A stretch of 35,601 bases of DNA, taken from contig JABIHA010000092.1 in the NCBI GenBank assembly GCA_018649885.1, forward strand, positions 1 through 35,601, read 5' to 3'. The notes under the pieces were generated by a model. That model searched no databases, was not told the origin of the DNA, and worked only from the letters and a program-made list of their open reading frames with translations. The position numbers were made by a program, and so were the translations under genes. The DNA comes from Bacteriovoracaceae bacterium. GTDB taxonomy: Bacteria; Bdellovibrionota; Bacteriovoracia; Bacteriovoracales; Bacteriovoracaceae. Positions 26,333 to 35,304 of this stretch are shown one piece after another (the stretch's first letter is position 1; each line of letters starts with the position of its first letter).

Positions 26333-27118
26333 ATGAACTTTTCCCTTATCGACCTTTTTAAGGAACGTAGAGTCAACCATATTTCCAATTTTGCCAATTA
26401 TGCTGGGCATTTGGATATTTTAAAGTTGGAAAGGTGTTATATGAAACTTTTTAGAGAGGCTCCAAGAAGGGCTGAGAGAGGAAAAGACTATTTTGTGGAA
26501 GGTCATAACGGAATCACCAGTAGCGGAAGCCACTCCAATCGGTCTGAAGAACATTTGGCGGTCGCCCTGTTCAATGCCACAAAAAATGGGGAGGATTTTT
26601 CTCTTACCGGTGGTCAGAGACTTTCTTTTCTCGATTATCAGTTTCCCTTAAAGGCCCGACAGAGCGACCAAGGAATTGGCAAGGTGGACCTTTTCTGTGC
26701 CATAGAAAAAAGTATTCCGGCAGTGGCTGAATTGAAGGTGGCTGGGAAAAATGGGCAGTTGGGCGATACCCCCTTAAAAGCACTTCTTGAGGGTCTGGCT
26801 TATTGTGCCATCATCGAAGCGAACATGGAAACGATTGCCAGAGAAGCCAAGGACCGTTTCAAGATAAATTTGAAGACTGAAAAACCTGACCTCATAGTCA
26901 TGGCTCCTCATGATTACTGGTCGAATTATTTAAAGAAAGATGCGGCTGGGGACTGGGTGACAACGCTCAACAAGCTGGCTGAAAAAATTAAAAATCGGCT
27001 CAAAATCAACACGCATTTTCTTTCATTGAAAAATTGTAAGTTTGAGATGGGTCTTGGCGGTAGACCGGCAGAATTAAAAGGCAATTGCAGAGTTGAGGTG
27101 GTCCAAGCATTAATATAA
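26333..27118 (+). CDS. PD-(D/E)XK (NucS-like) nuclease-fold protein
   Basis: SEEHLA, LDYQFPLK, GKVDL, VAELKV and DTPLKALLEGLAY. GAGGT RBS. Confidence 0.7.
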   Translation: MNFSLIDLFKERRVNHISNFANYAGHLDILKLERCYMKLFREAPRRAERGKDYFVEGHNGITSSGSHSNRSEEHLAVALFNATKNGEDFSLTGGQRLSFLDYQFPLKARQSDQGIGKVDLFCAIEKSIPAVAELKVAGKNGQLGDTPLKALLEGLAYCAIIEANMETIAREAKDRFKINLKTEKPDLIVMAPHDYWSNYLKKDAAGDWVTTLNKLAEKIKNRLKINTHFLSLKNCKFEMGLGGRPAELKGNCRVEVVQALI

Positions 27119-27153
27119 AAGTTTTTTAAACTCAAATTAATTCGGGTCTGCTA

Positions 27154-28407
27154 ATGAAAGTATGCATACATCGTGGGACACAGGAGATTGGCGGCACTTG
27201 CATTGAAATTGAATCCGCTGGCCAGCGCATAGTTTTAGATGTGGGGTTGCCTTTGAATGCAGACAGGGATGTGGATGCCAGATCCTTTCTTCCTGACGTT
27301 AAAGGATTCGCTAATCCGGATGACAGCCTGCTTGCCGCATTGATCTCTCATCCTCATCAGGATCATTTTGGTCTGGCTCAGTTTCTTCCTCCCCAAATTC
27401 CTGTAATCATAGGAGAGGCGGCACACAATATTCTGCGATCAGCCACCTTTTTTACTCCCTCTGGCGCTGATTTCAAAAGAACTATTTACCTGCAAGACCA
27501 GGAAACCATAGAAATAGGACCTTTTGAGATTACGCCCTATCTCGTAGACCATTCAGCCTACGATGCTTATTCAATCCTGATATCTGCGAATGGGAAAAGG
27601 CTTTTCTATAGTGGTGACTTCCGGGCTCATGGACGCAAAGCAAAGCTTTTTCAGAACATGATTAACAACCCTCCAAAAGACATTGATGTGTTGTTGATGG
27701 AAGGAACCACGATAGGAAGAGGAAATCCCGAGGACAAATTCCAAACTGAAGATGAACTCATTCCAGAATTTGTAGAGTATTTTGATTCCACCCAGGGTCT
27801 TTGTTTAGCCTGGTGCTCTGGTCAGAATATTGATCGGCTTGTCACGATATATAAAGCCTGCAAAGCAGTAAACCGTCAGTTCATCATTGATTTATATACT
27901 GCCGAGATTTTGCGAGCCACAGGAAACCCTAGTCTTCCCCAGGGACACTGGAAGGATATTCGAGTATTCCTTCCCAAGTCACAAAAATACCAGGTCATTG
28001 AACAAAAACTGTTTGATATATCCAATCAGTATAGAAACAACCGCATCTATCCGGAGAATTTAAGCAGGGAGGCATCTAATTCAGTGATGTTGTTTCGTCC
28101 ATCCATGTCAAAAGATCTGGAAGCAATAGGATGCCTGGATGGAGCAAGCCTCACTTATTCCATCTGGGAGGGTTATTTGGAAATGGATCAGCAAAAACCA
28201 TTTCTTGATTGGCTGGAAAGCAATCAAATATTAATGAAAAAAATACATACCTCAGGTCATGCATCCATTTCCGATCTCAAGGATTTTTCCAATGCGTTAA
28301 ATCCAAAAAAATTAATCCCCATCCACTCCTTTGAAACCGATCAGTTTCCAGATTTTTTTAAAAATGTTGAACTAAAAGAAGATGGCAAATGGTGGGAAGT
28401 TGAATAG
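27154..28407 (+). CDS. MBL-fold metallo-hydrolase, beta-CASP/RNase J-like
   Basis: EIGGTCIE, LDVG, SHPHQDH, VDHS, YSGDFRAHG, MEGT, HTSGHA and IPIH. Confidence 0.9.
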   Translation: MKVCIHRGTQEIGGTCIEIESAGQRIVLDVGLPLNADRDVDARSFLPDVKGFANPDDSLLAALISHPHQDHFGLAQFLPPQIPVIIGEAAHNILRSATFFTPSGADFKRTIYLQDQETIEIGPFEITPYLVDHSAYDAYSILISANGKRLFYSGDFRAHGRKAKLFQNMINNPPKDIDVLLMEGTTIGRGNPEDKFQTEDELIPEFVEYFDSTQGLCLAWCSGQNIDRLVTIYKACKAVNRQFIIDLYTAEILRATGNPSLPQGHWKDIRVFLPKSQKYQVIEQKLFDISNQYRNNRIYPENLSREASNSVMLFRPSMSKDLEAIGCLDGASLTYSIWEGYLEMDQQKPFLDWLESNQILMKKIHTSGHASISDLKDFSNALNPKKLIPIHSFETDQFPDFFKNVELKEDGKWWEVE

Positions 28408-28619
28408 CTGACTCAGTTGAGATAAGGCACATGAAAGCTAAAAATGAACACCTGATTGAACCTTAGATGACCATAAAGAATGAAATAAAAATCATTATAT
28501 TTTCCAACGGAGTAACTGACAAAAGCCAATTAAAAATGATGAAATATTTGGCCGGGGAACGCTTCTGTCTCCTTCGTTTGAATGACCATGAAACTCTTCA
28601 TTGTTAGGATTACTAAATT

Positions 28620-29498
28620 GTGAATAAAGTATTGGGAATATGTGTTGGAGACTTTGATACCCAGAAAGCCACTGGACAAGCAAGCATACTCTTGCCAAAT
28701 GGAGATAGGTATGTAGGTCAATTTAAAAATCATACAATAACCGGTAGTGGAGTTTATATTAGGGCCGACGGCAGTTGGAGTGTTGGTCAATTTAAACATG
28801 GCATATTGCATGGTCTGGGGACTTCAACGACGCCCGATGGCACTAAGTACGAAGGGCAATTTGAAAATGACATCCCTTGTGGTCAGGGAACATTCACGTC
28901 TGATGATGGTATGCAATGCATAGGCCAATTTAAAGACGGGAAGGTTCATGGGTTTGGAAAATTTCTCTTTCCCGATGGGACTAAATATGAAGGGCAAATT
29001 GAAGATAGTAACGCCCATGGGGTTGGGACAATGATTTGGCCCGATGGGAATAAATACGAAGGGCAAATTAATAAAACAGAAATGTGTGGTCTTGGAACGC
29101 TTACGTTTGCTAACGGTGGCAAGTATTCCGGTCAATTCAAAAATAACGAGGCATGCGGTCAAGGAACCTTGACCTATGTTAACGGAGAAAAGGAGGAGGG
29201 ACAATTTAAAGGTGGGGAGTTACATGGTTATGGAACTAGGACGTTTGCCGATGGTGATAAGTGGATGGGGCAATTTGAAAATGGAGTGTTCCTTAATGAT
29301 GGAGAATCTCGTATTAAGGAAGAAGGTCTAAATGAAAAATTTGAATTGGCCATCATAATAGCAAGTAGTTGTTTTTTTGCTGGCTTAATGTTGTCGGATT
29401 TAATATTTTGGGCAAAAGTGAAGATGTTTTTATGGTTCTTATTTGGGGTTGCTGTATTAGGACTTTGTATTGGAATAACAAGAGCAATTTTTGACTAA
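28620..29498 (+). CDS. MORN-repeat protein with two C-terminal transmembrane helices
   Basis: About nine 23-aa YEGQF.....G.G.....DG repeats, then hydrophobic LAIIIASSCFFAGLML and MFLWFLFGVAVLGLCIGI. Confidence 0.88.
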   Translation: MNKVLGICVGDFDTQKATGQASILLPNGDRYVGQFKNHTITGSGVYIRADGSWSVGQFKHGILHGLGTSTTPDGTKYEGQFENDIPCGQGTFTSDDGMQCIGQFKDGKVHGFGKFLFPDGTKYEGQIEDSNAHGVGTMIWPDGNKYEGQINKTEMCGLGTLTFANGGKYSGQFKNNEACGQGTLTYVNGEKEEGQFKGGELHGYGTRTFADGDKWMGQFENGVFLNDGESRIKEEGLNEKFELAIIIASSCFFAGLMLSDLIFWAKVKMFLWFLFGVAVLGLCIGITRAIFD

Positions 29499-29610
29499 CA
29501 TGACAGTTTAGATTTGTGGCGATAAAAAATATCTATAAAATAGTATGAGGTGAAATAACAATTTTGGCTATTTTTAGCATAGACCCATTCACTCTAAAAT
29601 ATTTAGAAAA

Positions 29611-30588
29611 ATGGAAAGCAATAAGAACATTCTCCCCAAAAACAAATTAAACTTTCTTGCCACAAAAATAGTTGATTTTTGTTTCAATGAAATTGGAGAC
29701 AAGGGATTTAGAGTTTTATATTCCGAGGCTCTATCCAGATGGACTTTAAAGGGCAAAAAAATTGAGACTGGCCTTTCAACTGAAGAATTCAAGATACTAA
29801 ATAAAAAAACTCTTCTAAAGATATACCTTAACCTTTCAGACGACTTGAAAAGTTTCTGCCAAGAGTTAACCTTAGTAACTAGGCAGTGGAACGGTCAGAT
29901 ATCTGTCAAAGACCTAGGAAAGCACACTTTGACCGGCACTGAGGACATAAATTTAGTTTTATACCTAATTAGCGAAAATAAAAAGTTTTTATCAAGCAAT
30001 ATTAAAATTAAAGGTCGATACATATATTTTTTTGCAGACGATAACTTAAAGAAAGTATCAGAGACCCCTAAAAGGGAAACAGTAATTAGCGGAGCCAAGG
30101 GAGAAAATTATGGATTGATAGATTTAGGAAAGGGATATGATGCCATTGTAGATAAGGAGGATTTGCAAAATCTTTTGCAATATAACTGGACTATTTCTAC
30201 GATGAACATTCAGGGAAACACCTATAAAGTGGCATTCACATCCATGGATGGAAAGTCAGTTTATATGCACCGATTCTTACTAAAACCTGAGGGAAAGCAG
30301 GTTGTCGCACATAAGGATCGTGATGGTTTGAATAATAGAAAGAAAAATCTATTCTTAGCCTCAAGGAAACAGACGCATCAAAGACAAAGACTCTCTAAAG
30401 GAGGATCCTCTAAGTATAAAGGAGTATCTTTCCATAAAAAGTCTAAACGGTGGCAAGCTTATATTACCGTGAATGGGAAAAAGTTGTATTTGGGGTATTA
30501 TAAATCTCAGGATGATGCGGCTATTGCATATAATAATGCGGCGCAAGAACATTTTGGTGAATTTGTGAACTTAAATAAATTAGATTAG
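29611..30588 (+). CDS. Unknown N-terminal domain + HNH-like + AP2 DNA-binding domain
   Basis: YMHRFLL and VAHKDRDGLNNRKKNL (HNH-like). SSKYKGVSF...WQAYI....KLYLGYY...DAAIAYNNAA..HFGEF (AP2). Confidence 0.85.
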   Translation: MESNKNILPKNKLNFLATKIVDFCFNEIGDKGFRVLYSEALSRWTLKGKKIETGLSTEEFKILNKKTLLKIYLNLSDDLKSFCQELTLVTRQWNGQISVKDLGKHTLTGTEDINLVLYLISENKKFLSSNIKIKGRYIYFFADDNLKKVSETPKRETVISGAKGENYGLIDLGKGYDAIVDKEDLQNLLQYNWTISTMNIQGNTYKVAFTSMDGKSVYMHRFLLKPEGKQVVAHKDRDGLNNRKKNLFLASRKQTHQRQRLSKGGSSKYKGVSFHKKSKRWQAYITVNGKKLYLGYYKSQDDAAIAYNNAAQEHFGEFVNLNKLD

Positions 30589-30702
30589 CTACCGACTGTG
30601 ATCCTAATTTAAACTCACCAATGCAAACAAGTCCAGCATATCAACTCCTCTGTATTTACTCAGCCTAGGTTATCCTTTCCTCTTACCAAAATAGCGTTAT
30701 AT

Positions 30703-30711
30703 TGCTATAAT
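30703..30711 (+). promoter_or_regulatory. Extended -10 promoter element
   Basis: TGCTATAAT (TGnTATAAT), about 40 nt upstream of the GHKL ATPase start. Confidence 0.5.
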
Positions 30712-30752
30712 TTACCTTCATTCAACATATTATATTTTTAGGTTTTATATAG

Positions 30753-32633
30753 ATGCCTGAGCCAAAATGGGAATTTCGAGTGATGGTTAAGGGGGAAATG
30801 AATTCTGACCCCATAGAAAGCGAGTTTTTTTCTACTGAACACTTGGACAGTGTTGCAGATGCACTAGTTCGTGAATGCATCCAGAATTCTCTTGATGCTG
30901 GGTTGCCAGATCAGACCGTTCGGGTGGCTTTTCGTTTATTTACGGAAAATTCAAATAAAAATGGGGGTATGGCTCAATATCTAAAGGGTCTTCAGCCACA
31001 TTTAACTGCTGAGCAAAATGGCTTAATTAAAACCCACAATCCTGATGATCCAGAAAACTTTTTGGTAATAGAAGATTATGGGACACGGGGCCTGGAAGGC
31101 GATCCAACTCAAGATGATGATTTTCAGCCAACAAGCACAGACATCAAGAATGATTTTTTCTATTTTTGGCGTAACATAGGTAGATCAAAAAAAGGCGCTA
31201 GTGATCGTGGTCGGTGGGGTTTGGGCAAAACTGTGTTCCAAGCAACATCAAAAATTAATACTTACTTTGGGCTTACGGTCAGAAAAAGCGATGGGAAATC
31301 TATGCTGTTGGGCCAATCAGTTTTAAAAACTCATTTAATAAATGATAATAAACACTCTCCTTATGGATGGTACGGAGCTTTTGATGAAAATTTTGCCTTA
31401 CCCATTGAAGATCAACCATACCTTGAGAAGTTTTCTGCAAATTTTGGTTTAAAAAGACAAGGAAAAGCAGGGCTATCAATTATAATTCCTTATCCTGACC
31501 CTTCTGTAGAGATCAAAACACTTCTATCCTCGGCCTTACTTCATTATTTTTTCCCAATTTTGTCCAAAAACCTAGTGGTCGAGTTACATAAAGATAGGAA
31601 GCTCCTCATCATTGACGATCAAAAAATTGACCAACTACTCAAGTATGTTGACTTCTCAAAGTCTAGAATGACAAAAGAAGCTTTTCAGGATTTATTCAGT
31701 CTTACTCGCTGGATACATTTACTATCCCCAAATGATCTGATTAGAATTAATTCTCCATCCGCACTGATTGCTCCTAAATGGGATGAAAACCTAATTGAAA
31801 AAGAAGCCCTAGCGAAACTTCGAGAACAATTTGATAAAAAAGAAAGAATTGCCCTTCGGGTGCCCTTAACAATTAAACCAAAAGATAAAAATCCAGAAAA
31901 AACTTATTTTGATATTTTTATAGAACGAGACGACCGCTTGGACCGTGCAGAAGATCATTTTGTTCGAGAAGGAATCACCATTGCTGGTGTAAGTTCCTTA
32001 AAGCAAAAAGGAGTCCGGGTGGTAATTTCAATAAATGACCAGGCTTTGTCAGCCCTTTTGGGTGATTCTGAAAATCCTGCACACACAGAATGGCAAGAGC
32101 GTTCTCCAAAATTTAAAAATCAGTATATCCATGGAGCATCATGCCTCAGGTTCGTCAAAAATAGCCCCAGAGAAATCATAAAAATCTTGAGCAAACCCTC
32201 TATTGGAATAGATAAGAAGCTCTTAGAAGAATTCTTTTCGGTAACACCACTTACAGATAAGGGAACCAATAAGTCATCTGGGCAAAAGAATGATTTGCCG
32301 GAGGGATTGATTGGCTCAACCAAGGAATTCCATCTGTTCCGTAAGCAAGGGGGATTTATATTACGCAAAAATCCAAAAGCTACACATATGCCTAATGGTA
32401 TCCATGTCACGGTTGCCTATGAAATTCTGGGACGCAACCCTTTCACAAAATACAGCCCGTTCGATTTTGAAATGGATAAAGTGCCTATCAAGATAAATAG
32501 CAAAGGGGTTCAAATAAATGCAATTAAAGAAAATCAGCTAATTGCTAAATTAGACAGCCATGACTTTCGGTTTGAAATCACAGGCTTTGATTTAAATCGA
32601 GATTTAAGGGTAAAAGTCATAGGAGTCGGGTAA
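30753..32633 (+). CDS. GHKL (HATPase_c, Hsp90/MutL/MORC-like) ATPase
   Basis: N-box LVRECIQNSLDA, G1 IEDYGTRGL, lid K..SDRGRWGLGK and late G.SIIIP. Long uncharacterised C-terminal region with ENPAH.EW. Confidence 0.8.
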   Translation: MPEPKWEFRVMVKGEMNSDPIESEFFSTEHLDSVADALVRECIQNSLDAGLPDQTVRVAFRLFTENSNKNGGMAQYLKGLQPHLTAEQNGLIKTHNPDDPENFLVIEDYGTRGLEGDPTQDDDFQPTSTDIKNDFFYFWRNIGRSKKGASDRGRWGLGKTVFQATSKINTYFGLTVRKSDGKSMLLGQSVLKTHLINDNKHSPYGWYGAFDENFALPIEDQPYLEKFSANFGLKRQGKAGLSIIIPYPDPSVEIKTLLSSALLHYFFPILSKNLVVELHKDRKLLIIDDQKIDQLLKYVDFSKSRMTKEAFQDLFSLTRWIHLLSPNDLIRINSPSALIAPKWDENLIEKEALAKLREQFDKKERIALRVPLTIKPKDKNPEKTYFDIFIERDDRLDRAEDHFVREGITIAGVSSLKQKGVRVVISINDQALSALLGDSENPAHTEWQERSPKFKNQYIHGASCLRFVKNSPREIIKILSKPSIGIDKKLLEEFFSVTPLTDKGTNKSSGQKNDLPEGLIGSTKEFHLFRKQGGFILRKNPKATHMPNGIHVTVAYEILGRNPFTKYSPFDFEMDKVPIKINSKGVQINAIKENQLIAKLDSHDFRFEITGFDLNRDLRVKVIGVG

Positions 32634-32639
32634 ATTTCG

Positions 32640-33419
32640 ATGATTAGAAAACTCAATTTTACAGGTCGAAAAAAAATCCCTCGAAATCGCACTATGGTTA
32701 CTTTGTTGAACACTGACAAGTATCCTCATTCTTTTGACATTCAAATAAATCTCTCTGATTTTGGTCTACCTAAAGAAGCACTGGTTTATGTTGAAGCCTA
32801 TAAAAGAACCTCATACATGCGATTTGATTATGGAAAGGTAGGCACCCTTGAGATTCCCTCAAACAGAGACCTTATAGGTATTGAAGCTGGGGCAATTCCC
32901 CTATTTCGAGTGAAAATCGTAGACAAAAGTGGTAAGCAGGGCCGAATCATAGCAATTGCCGATAAAATTCATCCTAAGGGAGTTGAAGATGTTAATAATG
33001 AAAAAATAAGTTTGTTGCATGTTGAGTTTGCAGAAGACCTAGGAGATCAGGTTTGGAGATTGGATTTAACAGGAGACTGGCCTGTTGTGCAAGTCAACAA
33101 TCAGTTGAGTTCGATAAAGGAAATTGCAAGAAATGATGCGGCATTTGTAGCATTAGTATACCCAGAAATTGTACGACAAATATTAAATGATATTATCGAA
33201 TCAGACCAATTAGACCCTGAAATTGATGAAGATGACTGGCCTAGCTTGTGGGTTAATTTTGTAAGTTCTCTACCAGGTGTGGGTTCCCCTCCCACAGGCA
33301 GAAATCCAAATATTAAGAATGACCAAACAGATTGGGTTGAGAATGCAGTGCGTGGGTTTTGTGACAAATGGCATCTTTTGGACCAATTTCAAAAACTCCA
33401 CGCTGAGGAGGAGAATTAA
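32640..33419 (+). CDS. Hypothetical protein, second gene of the GHKL operon
   Basis: 6 nt after the ATPase stop. Beta-rich N-half, helical C-half (ALVYPEIVRQIL, W..LW..F). Confidence 0.75.
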   Translation: MIRKLNFTGRKKIPRNRTMVTLLNTDKYPHSFDIQINLSDFGLPKEALVYVEAYKRTSYMRFDYGKVGTLEIPSNRDLIGIEAGAIPLFRVKIVDKSGKQGRIIAIADKIHPKGVEDVNNEKISLLHVEFAEDLGDQVWRLDLTGDWPVVQVNNQLSSIKEIARNDAAFVALVYPEIVRQILNDIIESDQLDPEIDEDDWPSLWVNFVSSLPGVGSPPTGRNPNIKNDQTDWVENAVRGFCDKWHLLDQFQKLHAEEEN

Positions 33420-34147
33420 TGATTTGTGTTTCTAGGTTGAATTCAAGAGGATTAGAGTATTTCAAGAAATACCTAAATAATCTTCGTGAGAATCCTGACT
33501 TAAAACCACCGTTTGAGATTTTGGAAAATCCTGATTACTCTGAAAACTTTCAAGACAAGGCTCATGTCGAGCAAATGGATTTTCAATATCGAACCCATAT
33601 GGTCAAATATTTATCTAAGGCTTTAGAGAACCTGAATACTTCGTTAGAATTAGAAAATCAAGGGTTGTGGAGCTGGTTATCGCTTTTTTACTTTAATCAG
33701 GTTTGTCCTGAAGACCTAGATAGAAAAAGGACACCTGGCATGGATTACCGTCACATACCAAATGTTGGATATCGTTATAAACACAGACATTTACTCGCAG
33801 GACCTTTCCAGGTTTTTAAAATGTATGAGGAAAGGGCTCGACTTCTTTTGAATGGTGTAGTTCATACTGAAAATAAGATTCACCATGAATTAGGCACACG
33901 TCAAAACTTTATAACCAACCCAAGCATTGTAGAAGTAGCAGATGCTCTCTATTTTGATAAAAGTAAAAATAAACCTAAGGCTGGAACACAATCTAAAACT
34001 AGAGGCGGCTCCCTGTTTCGACTTATCACTGTCATACAACAACTGGAGTTGACTTACGATTTATACAGTATGAACTCTGAAGAAATCCTGCAGTTGTTAC
34101 CCGAGGAATTTGATAACTGGAAGGATCTACAACCTGTAAGTAGCTAA
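33419..34147 (+). CDS. Hypothetical protein, third gene of the GHKL operon
   Basis: TAATG overlap with the preceding gene. Motifs GLWSWLSLFYFNQVCP, YKHRHLLAGP and QLELTYDLYSM...LLPEEF..W. Confidence 0.75.
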   Translation: MICVSRLNSRGLEYFKKYLNNLRENPDLKPPFEILENPDYSENFQDKAHVEQMDFQYRTHMVKYLSKALENLNTSLELENQGLWSWLSLFYFNQVCPEDLDRKRTPGMDYRHIPNVGYRYKHRHLLAGPFQVFKMYEERARLLLNGVVHTENKIHHELGTRQNFITNPSIVEVADALYFDKSKNKPKAGTQSKTRGGSLFRLITVIQQLELTYDLYSMNSEEILQLLPEEFDNWKDLQPVSS

Positions 34148-34163
34148 ATATTTGGAGGGAAAA

Positions 34164-34463
34164 ATGACCCCGGATAAGGATAAGAAATTAGAAGAAGAAC
34201 TAGAACGGCTAGAGGAAATCAATGGAAGCGATTCTGAGGATGAAATGAAAAGCGAATTAGAGCGTCTGCGGGCAGAGAATGAAGCATTAAAGAAAAGCAA
34301 ATCAAAAGAGATAACTTTCAAGGTTGGTCAAAAAGGAGGCATGTCGTTATATGGTCTTGGTCGATTCCCAGTAACCTTATACAAAAGTCAATGGCTATTG
34401 CTTTTGGATGCCGTAGAGGAAATTAGGAATTTTATAAAAATTCATGACGAAGAGTTGAAGTAA
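34164..34463 (+). CDS. Small coiled-coil protein with KVxxKGGxSxYGLGRFPVTLY motif
   Basis: GGAGG RBS at 34154, ATG at 34164. ELERLRAENEALK coiled coil followed by a conserved-looking beta-hairpin/helix motif. Confidence 0.7.
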   Translation: MTPDKDKKLEEELERLEEINGSDSEDEMKSELERLRAENEALKKSKSKEITFKVGQKGGMSLYGLGRFPVTLYKSQWLLLLDAVEEIRNFIKIHDEELK

Positions 34464-34684
34464 TTTAATGAAAACACAACCTTTATCCAGCTAACACGAA
34501 TGAAATTTTTGCTGAAATTCATACCAACCTATAGCTGAAACCTCACGGAACGCTCTAATTCGCTAGAGGACCGTCATTCACGAACTTTGATGGTTTATCG
34601 TGGCTTCCTATTCCAAATCACAGAAAACAGCTAGGATCACTGGTGAGGCTTGGAGGATCAAATCCTGGTTTTTATTGCTCACGA

Positions 34685-34960
34685 TTAAACAATCCTCGGG
34701 CCCTCTTCCCTTTTAATTCTCACATCTCGATACTTCCTTAACCATTCAGCCTCTACAAAGTAGCCTTTCCTGTTTAGCTTAGGATATATATCTTCGTAAT
34801 CTTCAGGCGTTAAACCTAAAGAATCAAATTTATGAATCATTAGAGGTGTTAGTTTAATTCGATGCCACAACTCTGATGATGACATTTCTTTCTGATCACT
34901 CTCGAATAATGGGATTGCTCTGTATATACCTTTTTTAAAAGACGGTATTCTTCCTGCCAT
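34685..34960 (-). CDS. Hypothetical protein (91 aa)
   Basis: ATG preceded by AGGAG on the minus strand. No motif recognised. Confidence 0.5.
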   Translation of the reverse strand: MAGRIPSFKKGIYRAIPLFESDQKEMSSSELWHRIKLTPLMIHKFDSLGLTPEDYEDIYPKLNRKGYFVEAEWLRKYRDVRIKREEGPRIV

Positions 34961-35064
34961 TGTTAGACTCCTATAAGACTGGTTTAAAATTATGTTTCAT
35001 ATAGGTATTTTACTTTATTCTTTTTACTTTCAGATTTTATTTCACCGACTAGAAATTACGTTAT

Positions 35065-35304
35065 TTAAGATAAAGATTCATTAGAATATTCACTCTCAAA
35101 CTTAACGTCAGGCAATAAACCTACTTTCTGGTTGATGGATATAATACCTATCGCATACTCCTGCAAGAACTCATGAAGTTTGCCATGACTCTGGGCAACT
35201 TCAAAGTTTTGTATTAAGTTATTTAGGATAGAAACCATTACCCGGTTTTCCTGTTCGCTGGCACTGGGAAGAATGGTTTCAGTATTTATATTAGTAACAG
35301 TCAT
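35065..35304 (-). CDS. Hypothetical protein (79 aa)
   Basis: ATG preceded by GAGGA on the minus strand. No motif recognised. Confidence 0.5.
   Translation of the reverse strand: MTVTNINTETILPSASEQENRVMVSILNNLIQNFEVAQSHGKLHEFLQEYAIGIISINQKVGLLPDVKFESEYSNESLS

Noticed and set aside
27154..28407. Calling the MBL protein housekeeping rnj or a beta-lactamase
   Set aside because: Shorter than canonical RNase J, no signal peptide, has beta-CASP-type C-terminal motifs and sits in island context; no gene symbol assigned.
21168..34463. Integron interpretation (tyrosine recombinase followed by many cargo genes)
   Set aside because: The recombinase is too short and lacks the IntI-specific insertion; no repeated attC (RYYYAAC...GTTRRRY) sites seen between genes; genes lie on both strands.
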